Positions 51,111 through 64,000 of a DNA stretch of 64,000 nucleotides are shown here, one piece after another. Positions within the stretch are counted from its first letter, which is position 1. Each line of letters starts with the position of its first letter. The DNA comes from Octopus sinensis. Taxonomy: Eukaryota. The DNA lies in NCBI RefSeq assembly GCF_006345805.1, contig NC_043005.1, positions 50,406,001-50,470,000 of the forward strand, read 5' to 3'. The notes beneath the pieces were generated by a model. The model was given only the letters and a program-made list of their open reading frames with translations. It was not told the DNA's origin and searched no databases. The position numbers were made by a program, and so were the translations under genes.

Positions 51111-51820
51111 ACTACTTTCTTTGAAAGAAACCGTCAAATTTCCTACTGTAAAGTTTCAAAAAACACCCAACTTAAATAATGCAAGATGAAATTCTCGAGC
51201 AATACTAGCTCTTTTGGCATTTATTCTTCTACCAGAGAAAAGAATTTTGCTTCTCAATGTTTTTCGATTCATCTCTTACAGTTGGGCAGATTTTTGGCTT
51301 ACTGACCAAAGAAATGAACAGTTGGACTAAACCCCAATGAAAAACTCTGGTCAAATGAATTACATAGTACCCTTTTTCTTATACAGTTATTTAAAATTGG
51401 AATTAAAACTATAAAGTTAAAAATATGTAGTTTTTTTTTATTTTGTGTGGTCTTAAAAAAGCCTAGTTTCGAACCTTTGCATAGAGCAATTTCAATTCAA
51501 TAATCTTTAAAATGTATAAATACATTTTTATTCCACATCTCTCTTACGTTTACAAGAAATTAGGTAGCGGAAATGCTGAAGTGCGGATCTAGTGCCAACT
51601 AGTGATTATAGTGTTAAAAGCCCATAACTCCAAAACTACTTCAACTAGGAAGCTGTAATTTCAGATATACTATTTCTGCATTGCATTAAGTCAGCACAAG
51701 TCTGGTAAAAACTTGAGCAGGCGTTATGAAGCCCACTAGAATTTTGCATGATTTGGGTCAAAAGTGGTGATCGATTTCTTAAGTTGTGGGTGATGTGTTT
51801 TAAACAAAGCAAAATAAATG

Positions 51821-51976
51821 TTCTCTCCTTGTTTATTTCTGTGTTCCTTTCTTTGGAAGAGCGTAGGTTCGAAACGTTAAAGACTTTTTCACTTCCCGAG
51901 CGTTAAGCTAATACATCTGTTTGTTGTCTACACCACCTGTCTTCGTCTTTTGTTGTTTTTTTTGTGAATTCTCCCG
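51821..51976 (+). mobile_element. Solo PLE pseudo-LTR fragment, family Y, ending on (TA)n
   Basis: Homologous to 21579-21744. Confidence 0.75.
51847..51882 (+). ncRNA. Minimal type I hammerhead motif, decayed (G5>U)
   Basis: CTTT CTTTGGA A GAGC-GTAG-GTTC GAAA CG TT AAAG. Confidence 0.6.
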
Positions 51977-52014
<38 letters not shown>

Positions 52015-52114
52015 GTATTATGTATGTATGTATATGTGTGTTTATACATAGATACAGACATACATACATACATACGTACGTATGTATGTATGTATGTATG
52101 TATGTATAAGAGCA

Positions 52115-52251
52115 GGATTGGTTGTGTGGTATGAAATATACTTCCCAACCACATTGTTTGGGGTTTAGTCCAACTGTGTAGCATCTTAGGCAAGTATCTT
52201 CTACTATAACCGCGTGAGTAGATTTGGCAGACGGAAACTGAAAGCAACCCT

Positions 52252-52311
<60 letters not shown>

Positions 52312-52450
52312 ATGCTTGTGTGTGTTTATGAATGTGTATCTTTGTATTTATATTTCGTCCTCTCACCATTTGTTTTTTTTTTTTTTACATTCCTGTAACT
52401 TAGCGGTTCGGTAAAAGAAAACCTGTAATATATGTACCGAAAGTACTGGG
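52115..52450 (+). mobile_element. SINE family B
   Basis: Diverged family B copy. Confidence 0.8.
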
Positions 52451-52621
52451 ATCGATTATTTCGACTATCTCCGTTAACGGTGTTAGTATTGCCGCATTTC
52501 AATGAATGAGACAAAAGACAATATATAACAGTGTCGAAGGATGGAGTACAAAAATGAAAAAATAGAGAAGAAGAAGAAGAAGAAGAAGAAGAAGAAGAAG
52601 AAGAAGAAGAAGAAGAAGAAG

Positions 52622-52652
<31 letters not shown>

Positions 52653-53233
52653 GTTACATGCCCTTGACTAGAATAAGTTGATAAATAACCTCTGCCACAA
52701 GAATTCGATAATTACTCATGGAGACAAATGTGAAGAAGAAGGAATGAGAAAGAAACGAACAAAAAGCGAACAACGAAATGAATGAAAATGGGAAGGAAAA
52801 ACATATTAATAAATAAAATATCAAAAGAAGAAACATGAAGGAAAGAAACAAATATGTTTATTTCACTGTTTTCTTTTTAATATTCAAAAAAAATTTTTTT
52901 TTAGGTTCTTTTCATTTAAGCGGCAAGGTTAGATGTTCAACTTCTATCGCGATTGTGATGAATGCATATTTGATATTATTAATATGTAATTGATCCAACT
53001 GTCAATATAGATGGTTATTGCTTACGGGTGACTGCAAGGGGATGGAATGGAATAGAATGGAATGGAAAAGAGCAACTGTATATGATTATTATGTTGTGAT
53101 TTCTGTGTTCTCATATATGTATAATTTGGAAACTCTGTGTCTTTTATTTTGCTTATATTTTTTTTTATGTATATATGTATGATTGAATGAATGAATGCAC
53201 GTTCGTATGTATCATGTATATCAATTTATGCAC

Positions 53234-53249
<16 letters not shown>

Positions 53250-53274
<25 letters not shown>

Positions 53275-53559
53275 CACACGCACACACACATATACACACA
53301 TACATATGTCATGAAATTGTTTGACATTGGAAACTGATCCAATGTCAGAGACCTATTGAACATTTGCTCCATCTACCAATGTAGAAGAATATGGAAATCA
53401 CACACACACACACACGCACATACACACACACACATGCACACGTACACACACACATGCATATGTATGTAAATAACTCTATATATGTATATATATCCATACA
53501 TGCACACACATACACGCGTATTTGTATATTTATTTATATATGTATATATTTGTACACAC

Positions 53560-53593
<34 letters not shown>

Positions 53594-53880
53594 CACACGC
53601 ACACACACATACACACATACATATGTCATGAAATTGTTTGACATTGGAAACTGATCCAATGTCAGAGACCTATTGAACATTTGCTCCATCTACCAATGTA
53701 GAAGAATATGGAAATCACACACACACACACACGCACATACACACACACACACATGCACACGTACACACACACATGCATATGTATGTAAATAACTCTATAT
53801 ATGTATATATATCCATACATGCACACACATACACGCGTATTTGTATATTTATTTATATATGTATATATTTGTACACACAC
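53250..53880. repeat. About 317-bp tandem duplication
   Basis: ATGAAATTGTTTGAC... occurs at 53311 and 53628; breakpoints lie in (CA)n. Confidence 0.95.
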
Positions 53881-54464
53881 ACACACACACGTGTATGCGC
53901 ACACACATACACACTAATATATATGTATGCATATACATGTATAAAACTGTGTTCACTTACATTTGAAGCATTCAAGAATGCTCAGACTTAGAAAACCTTC
54001 GCTGCGGTGATTGTCTCAGAAGAGAAATTCTCCTCATGGACAACACGTGGTAAAAGTCAACAAACTGTGATATGAATGTCATTGGACAGTAGGGCACGTT
54101 TTTCTGCCTGGTGAAGCTTCATCAGCAAAACACATCGAACCGTTTGTCCATGACCCACTCATAACTAATATACTTGTATGAAATTACAGCAAATACTATA
54201 TTTGCTGGTATGGGCAAAACTTGGTGGTTTTATTTAATTTATATATGCTTGTATGTGTGTAGATATATACATATACATGTATACACACATACATCAAGGA
54301 AAGCCTATTGGTTAGACGTTTACTAAAAATCTGTGGATTTGGTATGTAATCGTTTTTGGAGGAATAATTAAATTCAGTTTTCCATTGCTTTTCTTATTGA
54401 CATCTTTTTAACAAGGCACCATATATATACATATATATATATATACATGTGTGTGTGTATGTGT

Positions 54465-54504
<40 letters not shown>

Positions 54505-55852
54505 CATCATCATCATTATCGTTATCCGCAACTCTATACAAATTTTGTCTTTCCCCATCCTTCACAGTAGCAACTAGCATACATAGATGTATTCACTGTC
54601 CATCAGTGACGCACGGGGGGGGGGGTGCAACAGCAAATGCTGTTACGATTGGGACTGGTAAATGAACTTCAATCAATGTTTTAATAATATTTGGGGAATT
54701 AAGACCGAAAGAATATTTTGATCAATACATTGATTTCAGTATTAAGTTAGCATCGGCATCACAATGACCGAATCGATAAAATTACTCGACAGGCATCTAA
54801 GGTCAGAGGTTTATGTATCATGACACCGTCTGTGCGTTCTGATCCCATACAGCAGCATGTATGCTCAACAAATGAGATTTTAAGGCCCCGCTAAATAATG
54901 TAGCTGTGATATAGGCTTATGTATAAATAAATGCCCTATGTCCTTATGTATTTAGTATCATGGTGAAATTAGGTCCCCGAGGGAATGCTCGGTAGACAGA
55001 GGCTGGGATCGAACTAACCATATCTTTGATTTTTCTCACCTCTAACTTATAAGCAGGCGGTGGTGATAGCTGAAGAGTTCTTGTGTCAAAATATATACAG
55101 GACTTGACTGACACTGTTCATTTACATAACAGTAATAAAGTTATATACTCGACACTCACGATTGATTCACATAATACTAACAAATTTGACTCAGGTAATC
55201 ATTTACATACTGATAAATAGTTGTAAATATGACTGACACAATTCATTTGTATAATACTACAAACTCCACTGCTATGATTGCTTTACATACCGACACAAGG
55301 AGGTGAAATAGACAAGCATTTCATTAGGAAATGCACCACAGGGACAAATAAGTTTTCAGGGCCTTGAGAAGTCAGATGGAAATGCTTCCAGTATACTGCC
55401 CTCTTTTATTACTACAGTACACACAGAGCAGAACTTGAGTAGAGATCTCCAACAAGCTGGTACAACGCCGCCAAAAAGAGCATCTTTGCTCATTCGACTT
55501 TCTAGAAATAACAGCTAATTCTTCCGTAAATCACGACTACACTCATAAAAATGCAAAGTAGTTTTAGATGATTGCATTTCTCTCCGAAAAAAAAAACACG
55601 AAGAGAAAAATTGAGATGATCACTGCTGGCATGTATTTAGTCATGTGTCTGTTCGATTAGAATCAGCCTGTAGCTAAACTACAATAAAAACAATATCAAC
55701 AACAATATTGAAATCTAAGTTTCAGTAAATCTGAACTCATAAACTATGAGCAGATAGTCAAATAGCTTATCGTCTGCAGCCAGTCAAATCCTAAGTGAAC
55801 ATGAGTGATTCTTGCTTGAAGGCATTTTCAATTAATCCTACGAACGAGTAAC

Positions 55853-55945
55853 ACTTTTTGAAGTGTTATTTTTTAAAATCATTTATCAAACTTCAACAAG
55901 TTGAAGTTTGATGAATGATTTTTTAAAAATGACACTTCAAAAAGT
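55853..55945. repeat. Near-perfect 93-bp palindrome
   Basis: Arms 55853-55897 and 55900-55945, spacer AA. Confidence 0.95.
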
Positions 55946-55964
55946 ACCACAAGAGTACCACAAA

Positions 55965-56075
55965 AAAGTACCACAAGAGGGAGATCTGCCTGTTCATTAT
56001 ATCTGGTTAACATAATATCTGGTTAATCAGAGCTTTTCGATCCATAGTATTGCATATAGGAGACCCTGCTGAATT
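55965..56075 (+). repeat. About 105-bp repeat, inverted partner of 58414-58517
   Basis: AAAGTACCRCAAGAGGGAGATCTGCC...GGTTAATCAGAGCTTT...CCATAGTATT...ATAGGAGACCCTRCTGAATT is shared. Confidence 0.85.
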
Positions 56076-56189
56076 GTAGTCAAAGCTGTTCCAAAAACCA
56101 CACGACAAAACCATGTGTACGTAACCCTATCGTTTAATAGGAATATGCACACACAAAATATGGCTGATGATAAAACGTAAGAGGCTAGT

Positions 56190-56580
56190 GGCACAGGTGT
56201 GGCTTCCCAAATACATAGTTTTGGAAGCCACACCTGTGCCTGGAAATATTCTATCAATAGCCTCTTGGGCAAGTGTCTTCTACTAAAGTTATGGGCCGAC
56301 CAAAGCCTCGTGAATGGATTTGGTAGGTATAAAATGAAAGAAGCCTAAGTGTGTATGCGCATGTGCACGTGTGCTTGTGTTTTTGTGTTTCAGTTTGTCC
56401 GCCACTACTGGATGACAACCGGTGTTAGTTTGTCTTCGTAACATTGTGGTTCAGTTAAAAAGACCGACAGAATAGTTACCAAAAACACGTACTATATTCG
56501 ATTTATTCTACTAAATCATTCAAGGCAGTGCTCCAGTATGGTGGCAATCCAATGAATGAAACAAGTAAAAGATAAAATGC
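56190..56580 (+). mobile_element. SINE family B
   Basis: Diverged family B copy. Confidence 0.8.
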
Positions 56581-57284
56581 ATAAAATAATTCTAATTTAA
56601 GCTCACTACTTTCACTTTAGTGAGAATAACAAAAACAGTTTCTATTTCTAAAACAATTCGTTACTCTATTTCATTTCTTGTTTCTGCTTCCTTCTTTCTC
56701 TCTCCTAATCATTCTGATTTAAAATGAAGACAAATATTTGGATAACATAATTTATTAAATGGCAACCTACTTACTGCTCCGTTACTTTATGCTGAAAACA
56801 TACAAGCTACAGAAATAGGCTATTCATAGGTACAGAACTAATAGGAAATATTAAATATTAAATCTATACAAAATAACATTTTGAGTTTGATATTCAATGA
56901 TAATTTAAAACAAAAATATAAAAAAGAAACAAATAATTTTCATATACATTCCTCTCTTATATAAAAACTGTATAAACCAATAACTAATCAGTTTAAATTT
57001 ATCATCATAAACCTGCTATCCCCTTCAACAATCGTTGCCGTTATGTATCATATGCGTTAACAGTTCGCTGATCACACTACAAAGTCTTCGCGGTTAAGCG
57101 CGATATGGCTTTACTTCTTTCTGATTTTCTCAAAGTGTTTTATTGGCAGAGATAATGGGGTGGTTTGTCATTACTTTCCCAACTGGATGACCTTTGGCCC
57201 ACAAAGAACTCATCCACCCATCGATAGGTCTTGCCTTTTGTCCCATTGCGTGTCCATACACCTCCTCAACTATACAACACGATA

Positions 57285-57991
57285 CAGTGATCCCTCGTTT
57301 ATCGCGATAGATTGGTTCCGAGACCGGCCGTGAGAACTGAATTTCCGCGAAGTAGGGACACCATATTTACAGTATTTATTTAACGTGTATTTGAAATTTT
57401 AAGCCCAACCCTGTACCGATAACAACCCACCCATTATAGAAGTCTATAAGTATCAAGGACAACTGTTAAGCAATAACTCTTGAGATTAAAAAAAAATAAA
57501 GATTGTTACTGTACTCAACACGAAAGAAGCTTGGGAGCCTTTGCATGGGATGAAAACACAAAGTTTAACGCAAAGAAACAAACAAAAAAAAATCACACAC
57601 AGCACAGCGTAAAGTAGTGCAGTAAACCACTCGGCGAGAAAGCTTGAAGCGAAATGGCCGCGAGAGAGAGATAAGTGAAGATGCTGCGGATCTGAACATC
57701 GGTCAAAGCACCAATCACAGGCCAGATTACAAAATAGAAAGCTGTGATTCGTCGTCTCCCTCTATTGCACCAATCACAGCCCGTCTTAAGTTCAAATACC
57801 CCTGTATATGCTGTTTTGCTATTTTACGCTTGTTTTGTTGTTCCTAGACTAGGAAATATTATCTATTATTGATATTTTAATGGATTTAATGAACAATTTT
57901 AGGTGTTCAGATATATATATATATATATTTCAAAAATCCGCGAAGTCGTGAATCCGCGATAGTTGAACCGCGAAGTAGTGCGGGATCACTG
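57285..57991. mobile_element. Tigger/pogo-like MITE
   Basis: TA|CAGTGATCCCTCG...TCGCG at left and CGCGAAGTAGTGCGGGATCACTG|TA at right; TA TSD; no ORF. Confidence 0.9.
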
Positions 57992-58413
57992 TATTTAAAA
58001 CAAAAAATTGCTTTCTCTTTCATATGAAATACTAGATCTGATCTGCTTTTACATATTTAATAAAAATAGATATTTTTTCCTACATAGGAAAAGATTTATG
58101 AGTGAAAAAGCATTCCCAAATAGGAAAAATATAGTCTAATATAGATATATTGTTCATTCATGATCATTCAAAGTGAATAATAAACCACCCATATAGATCA
58201 AATTCGAGAACAGAGTTAAAATTGCGTCCTTGATATGAAGTTTATATCAGCGTATGAGGCGATATTTTACTTTAACCGTTCTCCAGCATAGGGGATAGCC
58301 TTGTGTTCCAGTTAAAATCTGTGAACCTTAAATTCTGTGAGATACGGTAAGTTGGCTGTTTGACACGGCTTCTACGCTCAGTAGTAATCTTATAGTCTGA
58401 TACATACGGGATA

Positions 58414-58517
58414 AATTCAGTAGGGTCTCCTATGTGAAATACTATGGATGGGAAAGCTCTGATTAACCTGATATTATCCGTGAAATGAGCCGGCAGATCT
58501 CCCTCTTGCGGTACTTT
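58414..58517 (-). repeat. About 105-bp repeat, inverted partner of 55965-56075
   Basis: See the partner feature at 55965-56075. Confidence 0.85.
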
Positions 58518-59505
58518 AAAAATTAAAGATATCAGGAAATAATTCCAGTAGCTCAACGAAATAAAGACGATGCTGATAAAAGAGGCTCATAGAATTATGA
58601 TTAGAAAATTCTGATCAGCATGTCTTTGTTTGGTGCATGAGGGGGGTTTAACAATATTGTTGTTGTTGTTGTTGTTATTGTTGCTCAGGTTAATCCTGTC
58701 TGAGAAAACCGATTATTCTGATGTCAGGAATAAGATATGCGCCCCCTTTCTTTGTTTTCAAAACGCAAGACGATTTAGGCAGAAGCGTTTTAACCCATCG
58801 GTTTCGAACTTTCATATAAATCCCATTTAGCTAAGAATATCTTCAATTCTTCTTCCAGCTGTGATCAGAGCCCTTCCTCATTTGCCTGAGCTATAAAAAG
58901 AATAATAATTAGGGGTAAGGGGGCGGTTGGCTGCTATTTCTAGTGAATTTATTGACCATCAACATCTCCATCGTTGTATCACTTTCCGTAAAGCGGTCCC
59001 GGCAGGATACTCACCTTCCACATTATTTCAAAATCAAGAACTTTGGAATGGAGGAGTATGCGTTCTATCAAACTATTTTGGTGTGTATGTTTGTGCAACA
59101 TTGATTAATCGATTACTGCCATAAATCTGAGATTAATCATTAGAGATTTTGACAAACATCAAAGCATAATAATGATTTCTAACATAAGCCCAGGACTAAA
59201 AGCATTTTGGGGCAAGGAAGAGTCGATTATATCGACCTTCGACCTTTAGGAGGATGAAAGACGGAATCGACCTGGGCGGGATCTTCACTTATATTTAGTG
59301 CTTTCCGGATTCTTCCACTCTCCACTCTTCTACTTCACCGAGGAACAATGAAAATTGAAGGTGACATGCGCTGAATTCGAACTCAGGAGATAAAGGGATG
59401 TAAGGCCGCTATGTATTCTGTTCACTGCTTTACTTATACTGCCATTCTACCATCCTTATCAAAATATCGATGCCTACAATCTAACATTCTAAAACGTAAT
59501 TTTGT

Positions 59506-59565
<60 letters not shown>

Positions 59566-59864
59566 AGTTAGGTACAAGGCCAGAAATTTTGAGGAAAGGT
59601 TACATCGACACCCTTCCCCAGTATTTTACTGGTATTTAATTTATCGACCCCGAAAGGTTGAAAGGCACAGTCGACGCCGGCGGAATTTGAACTCAGAATG
59701 TAAGATTTTGATTTAATCGCACTAGGAACAATTGACACCTGATTGATTACTTTGTTATACTGAGCCCGAAATGATGACAAGTAAAGATGACTTCGGTGAT
59801 ATTTGAACTCAGAACGTAAAAAAAGCCGAGGAAATAACTTATAATATGATATCTCAAGTTCTGA

Positions 59865-60110
59865 GGCGGCGAGCTGGCAGAAACGTTAGCACGCCGGGCG
59901 AAATGCGTAGCCGCATTTCGTCTGCCGTTACGTTCTGAGTTCAAATTCCGCCGAGGTCGACTTTGCCTTTCATACTTTCGGGGGGGGGGGTCAATAAATT
60001 AAGTACCAGTTACGCACTGGAGTCGATATAATCGACTTAATCCGTTTGTCTGTCCTTGTTTCTCCTCTCTGTGTTTAGCCCCTTGTGGGTAGTAAAGAAA
60101 TAGAAATAGG
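59865..60110 (+). mobile_element. Young SINE family A with 15-bp TSD
   Basis: TSD TATCTCAAGTTCTGA at 59850-59864 and 60111-60125. Confidence 0.95.
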
Positions 60111-60849
60111 TATCTCAAGTTCTGACCATTGCCGCAATAATAATGATGGATAACAATATAGATTTCTTACGTTTCATGAGGGCTTTGTGTCTTTGGAGAG
60201 TGGCGGTACTCGATGATTTTAATCGACTGTATCCATACGCCAAAAATGAAGCCTTTCATCATCATCAGCAGCAGCATCAGCATCAGCATCTTTATAGCAT
60301 TTGCCGTCGTTGCCACCGCCGCCGCTACCACTACCACATGCGCTATCGTCACCGTCGTCGTCGTCGTCATCACCACTCAAGTTACACATTTCAACACGCC
60401 ACGTTATCACTTATCAAACATTGATTATTAAATAGTTTCCAGTGAATCACCAAATGGATGACATTGGGCATTGCATTCAAGTAACCATAATTGAATATAT
60501 TCCTATAACAATATATTTCTTCAAAACCTCTATCCGTATCTCTCCTCTCTCTCCCTCTCTCCCCCCTCTCTCTCCCTCTCTCCCCCCTCTCTCTCCCTCT
60601 CTCCCCCCTCTCTCTCTCTCTCTGTATATATATATGTGTGTGTATGTGTGTGGTGTATAATATATATACGCATATATGGTATATATATATATATGTATAT
60701 ATATATCTACTTACATGGTGTGCGTATATATACATATATACATATATATTACATATATATATACATATATATATACACACACAACACATATATATACATA
60801 CATATATATAGATTCATTTATTTATTAATTTATATACTATTTTATAAAG

Positions 60850-61010
60850 TGGGTTGTGTGGTAAGTAGGTTGCTTACGAACCACATGGTTCCGGTTCAGT
60901 CCAACTGCGTGGCACCTTGGTCAACTAAAGCCTTGTGAGTGGATTTGGTGGACGGAAACTGAAAGAAGCCCGTCGTATATATGTATATATATAGATATAT
61001 ATATATATAT

Positions 61011-61065
<55 letters not shown>

Positions 61066-61315
61066 TTATACACCACACAGTTTATATTATGTACTTGTGC
61101 GTATATGTTTTGTGTGTTGTGTTGTCCCCCCAAACATCGCTTGACAACCGATGCTGGTGTGTTTACGTCGCCGTAACTTAGCGATTCGGCAAAAGAGACC
61201 TATAGAATAAGTACTAGGCTTAGAAAAGAATAAGCCCTGGGGTCGATTTGCTCGATTAAAGACGGTGATCCAGTATGGCCGCAGTCAAATGACTGAAACA
61301 AGTAAAAGGTAAAAT
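60850..61315 (+). mobile_element. SINE family B
   Basis: Near-consensus copy with a small deletion in the head region. Confidence 0.9.
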
Positions 61316-61397
61316 AATATACATACACACACACAACACACACACTCACAAACCACAACACATAATATATATATATATAATATATATTATATATATA

Positions 61398-61513
61398 TAA
61401 TAGTTATCGCCATACTAATATGGCAGTCTAAATATAAGACTAAAGCTATATGACACACGAACCTGCTTTAGTCTTATATTTAGACTGCCATATTAGTATG
61501 GCGATAACTATTA
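61398..61513. repeat. Perfect 49-bp inverted repeat with 18-nt spacer
   Basis: 61398-61446 is the exact reverse complement of 61465-61513. Confidence 0.95.
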
Positions 61514-61875
61514 ATATCCAGTAACGCTGCCGTAATCCCCTTTAGAGAGACTTAGTAATTTTAGTATTTCTAATATATATATATATGCACTACACTTGAC
61601 AAACCAGTAAGGAACGACTTACACCTTATAATATATTTTTCGCCTTTTCAAGAACATGGATTCTATTGAATGTATATAGCATGGACTCTATTGAATGTAT
61701 GTAACAATTATGAACTGTTCCATTATACTTTTTATTATAAAAAAAATCTTTTTGATAAGGTTCGTTATTTCAAGAACCGAAACATGCAAAAATTAAAATT
61801 TATCTAATATAGTGGCATTTTCAAACTTCTTTTTACAATATTACCACTCGTATACGATCTAATCTTATTATAATA

Positions 61876-62262
61876 TCTCTCTCTATATAAACGGCCAGTT
61901 TTGTCTGTGGCGTTTTCTGTGTGTCTGTTTTTCTCGTACCCTCACTCTGACCACGGCTTTTTCACCGATTCTGATGAAACTTGACACACACATAGCCCAA
62001 TGTCCATAATTCAAAACTAACGCAGCGAAAATTTTGAAAAGTTCTCCCAGTTCTGAAAAATCGATAAATTCGACGACATGGTTCGAGAATCAGAAGCCCA
62101 ACCACAGACCGTCTAGGGTACGCAACTCCACCACCTTTTTAACTCTCAAAAAAATTTACCATCATTTTTTTTCCATTTTTTTGCTATTTTTTGGCTATAA
62201 CCTCTCTAAATGCTTTATCGTTATTTCCTTACAAATCTGAGCAACGCCGGGCGATACTGCTA

Positions 62263-62263
<1 letters not shown>
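61876..62263 (+). mobile_element. Non-autonomous Helitron-type element
   Basis: 5' A|TCTCTCTCTATATAAACGG and 3' GCAACGCCGGGCGATACTGCTAG|T. This gives TC...CTAG termini between A and T, a GC-rich subterminal hairpin and no TSD. Confidence 0.8.
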
Positions 62264-62304
<41 letters not shown>

Positions 62305-62332
62305 ATATATATATATTATATATATATATATA

Positions 62333-62424
62333 ACGGTAACCTTTATGAAAATAGACAAAAGACGAAGGCAGGTTTACGGAATAACAAAACGAAGAGGCAG
62401 TGGAATACAAACAAACAATTGTAT
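62333..62424 (-). mobile_element. 3'-terminal pseudo-LTR fragment related to family Y, (TA)n on both sides
   Basis: GACAAAAGACGAAGGCAGGT is the reverse complement of a variant of ACCTGTCTTCGTCTTTTGT near 51935-51953. Confidence 0.55.
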
Positions 62425-62426
62425 AA

Positions 62427-62461
<35 letters not shown>

Positions 62462-63076
62462 ATCCATTTATCAGTCCATGCATACATACATGCATAGACA
62501 CATAGACACATGGATGTGCATATACACACACCTGCGTAAGTGTGTATATGTGTTTTCTTCTGGTTTTTTTTTTGTTTTGTTTTGTTTTTTTTTTAATTTA
62601 AGTTCTTCCTCTGAGGAAAAATCTGGTTGCAAACAAAAACACAAAGCTCCCATCCTTGGAAATATAGATAACAAAAACAAAATATCACATTTTGAATTCG
62701 AGAAAAATCTCACATAATCTTACTGTTCACGCACACACACACACATGATGTTTGAGATTAGAGATTTACGTGTGAAAATATTTGACACTTCCTACACAAA
62801 ATACACACGTTCATTCTTAACTTTGCATTTTGACATGATTTCATTGTCATGATCCTCTTCACCATCACCATCATCATCATCATCATCAACAACAACAGCG
62901 GCATGAACAGCCATTGCCACTGAGAACCGTAGTAACAATGGCGGCAGCCAAAGAAGCAGCCTCTTTCTGAACATCATTATGAAGATCATTTCCATTATTT
63001 GAGCAGGAGAAAGTAAAATGAGGTTATCGCAGAAGGTAATGTCTATGAATTGTTAGCTACAAAGATGAAACAGATG

Positions 63077-63113
<37 letters not shown>

Positions 63114-63686
63114 TACACACACGCACACACGTATGTATGTATGTATGTATGTATGTATGTATGTATGTATGTGCCCATCAATCTCGCTAATGACAAATTC
63201 ACACGAGCATATACACAGAAGTCATATATATGTGCTTGTGTGTGAGTGTGTGTGTGTTTGTGCGTGCCAGTGTGTACATGCAAATATATATATATATAAT
63301 ATATATATACATATATATATATACATAGATAGAACGTAGGCACACACAGAGAAAATGTTGATCTATCTATCTATCTATCTATCTGCCTATCTTTCTTTTT
63401 TCTTTCTCTCTCTCTTAAAAGACACACTCTCGCACATAACTAAGAAACAGAGTATCTTAACTCACACATACATACATACATACACACACACATCTATATA
63501 TATATAGATATATATGTTTATGTATATATATTTGTATATATATATATTTGTATATATATTTGTATATACTTTGATACTTTGATAGGTTTCGGCCATTATT
63601 GGCCCAGGCCATGTCTTTGTATATATATACATATATATTTGTGTATTTATATATATATTTGTATATACATATATATATATATATAT

Positions 63687-63739
<53 letters not shown>

Positions 63740-63776
63740 TATATGCATATGTATGCACATACTTACATACATACAT

Positions 63777-63817
<41 letters not shown>

Positions 63818-64000
63818 CAGTAGATAAATAGACATATTGTTAGGCCAAGTCGGTGACACATTCAATTCCATTTGTCATTTTAATTGAAAGATTTCTTCAT
63901 GAAATTTCCCTTGAAGCAATGGGAAAACGAAAAATATACATTAAAAATATTTAAATAAACGGAAAAAAGACAGCACAATAAAACGTAAATAAAAAATTTA

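Noticed and set aside
54091-54130. - strand CTGATGA...GAAA
   Set aside because: No stem I, G at the cleavage position and a weak stem II.
58312-58346. Neat 35-nt + strand exon (TTCCAG| ... |GTAAGT)
   Set aside because: Good splice signals but no partner exons and no frame support; such matches arise by chance in 64 kb.
58272-58556. 94-aa protein-like ORF on the - strand
   Set aside because: It overlaps the 105-bp repeat whose other copy has indels, and no domain is recognised.

Overview
Eukaryotic, AT-rich, repeat-saturated, essentially non-genic DNA. The SINE families and microsatellite load look like an Octopus (coleoid cephalopod) genome; this is my inference from remembered repeat consensuses, not a database result. 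No complete protein-coding gene, rRNA, intact tRNA or CRISPR array is visible, and almost all ORF-track entries are microsatellite or repeat translations. The window holds many tRNA-derived SINEs of at least four families, Penelope-like element (PLE) fragments, R4/Dong-like and other RLE-type LINE relics, Tc1, mariner, Tigger-like and hAT-like DNA transposon relics, a Helitron-type MITE, two fresh tandem duplications and several long palindromes. The most interesting signal is a set of type I hammerhead ribozyme (HHR) motifs in PLE pseudo-LTRs: 8 motifs from about 6 sequence families, read by eye on both strands. They include a U3:A8 core variant, minimal motifs with stem I covariation, and two unrelated motifs with an unusually long (about 60-70 nt) stem II. 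Most of these pseudo-LTR pieces end directly on a (TA)n tract. A few weak candidate minus-strand exons and homeodomain-site-dense non-coding islands suggest an intronic or regulatory setting. SINE and relic boundaries are approximate.
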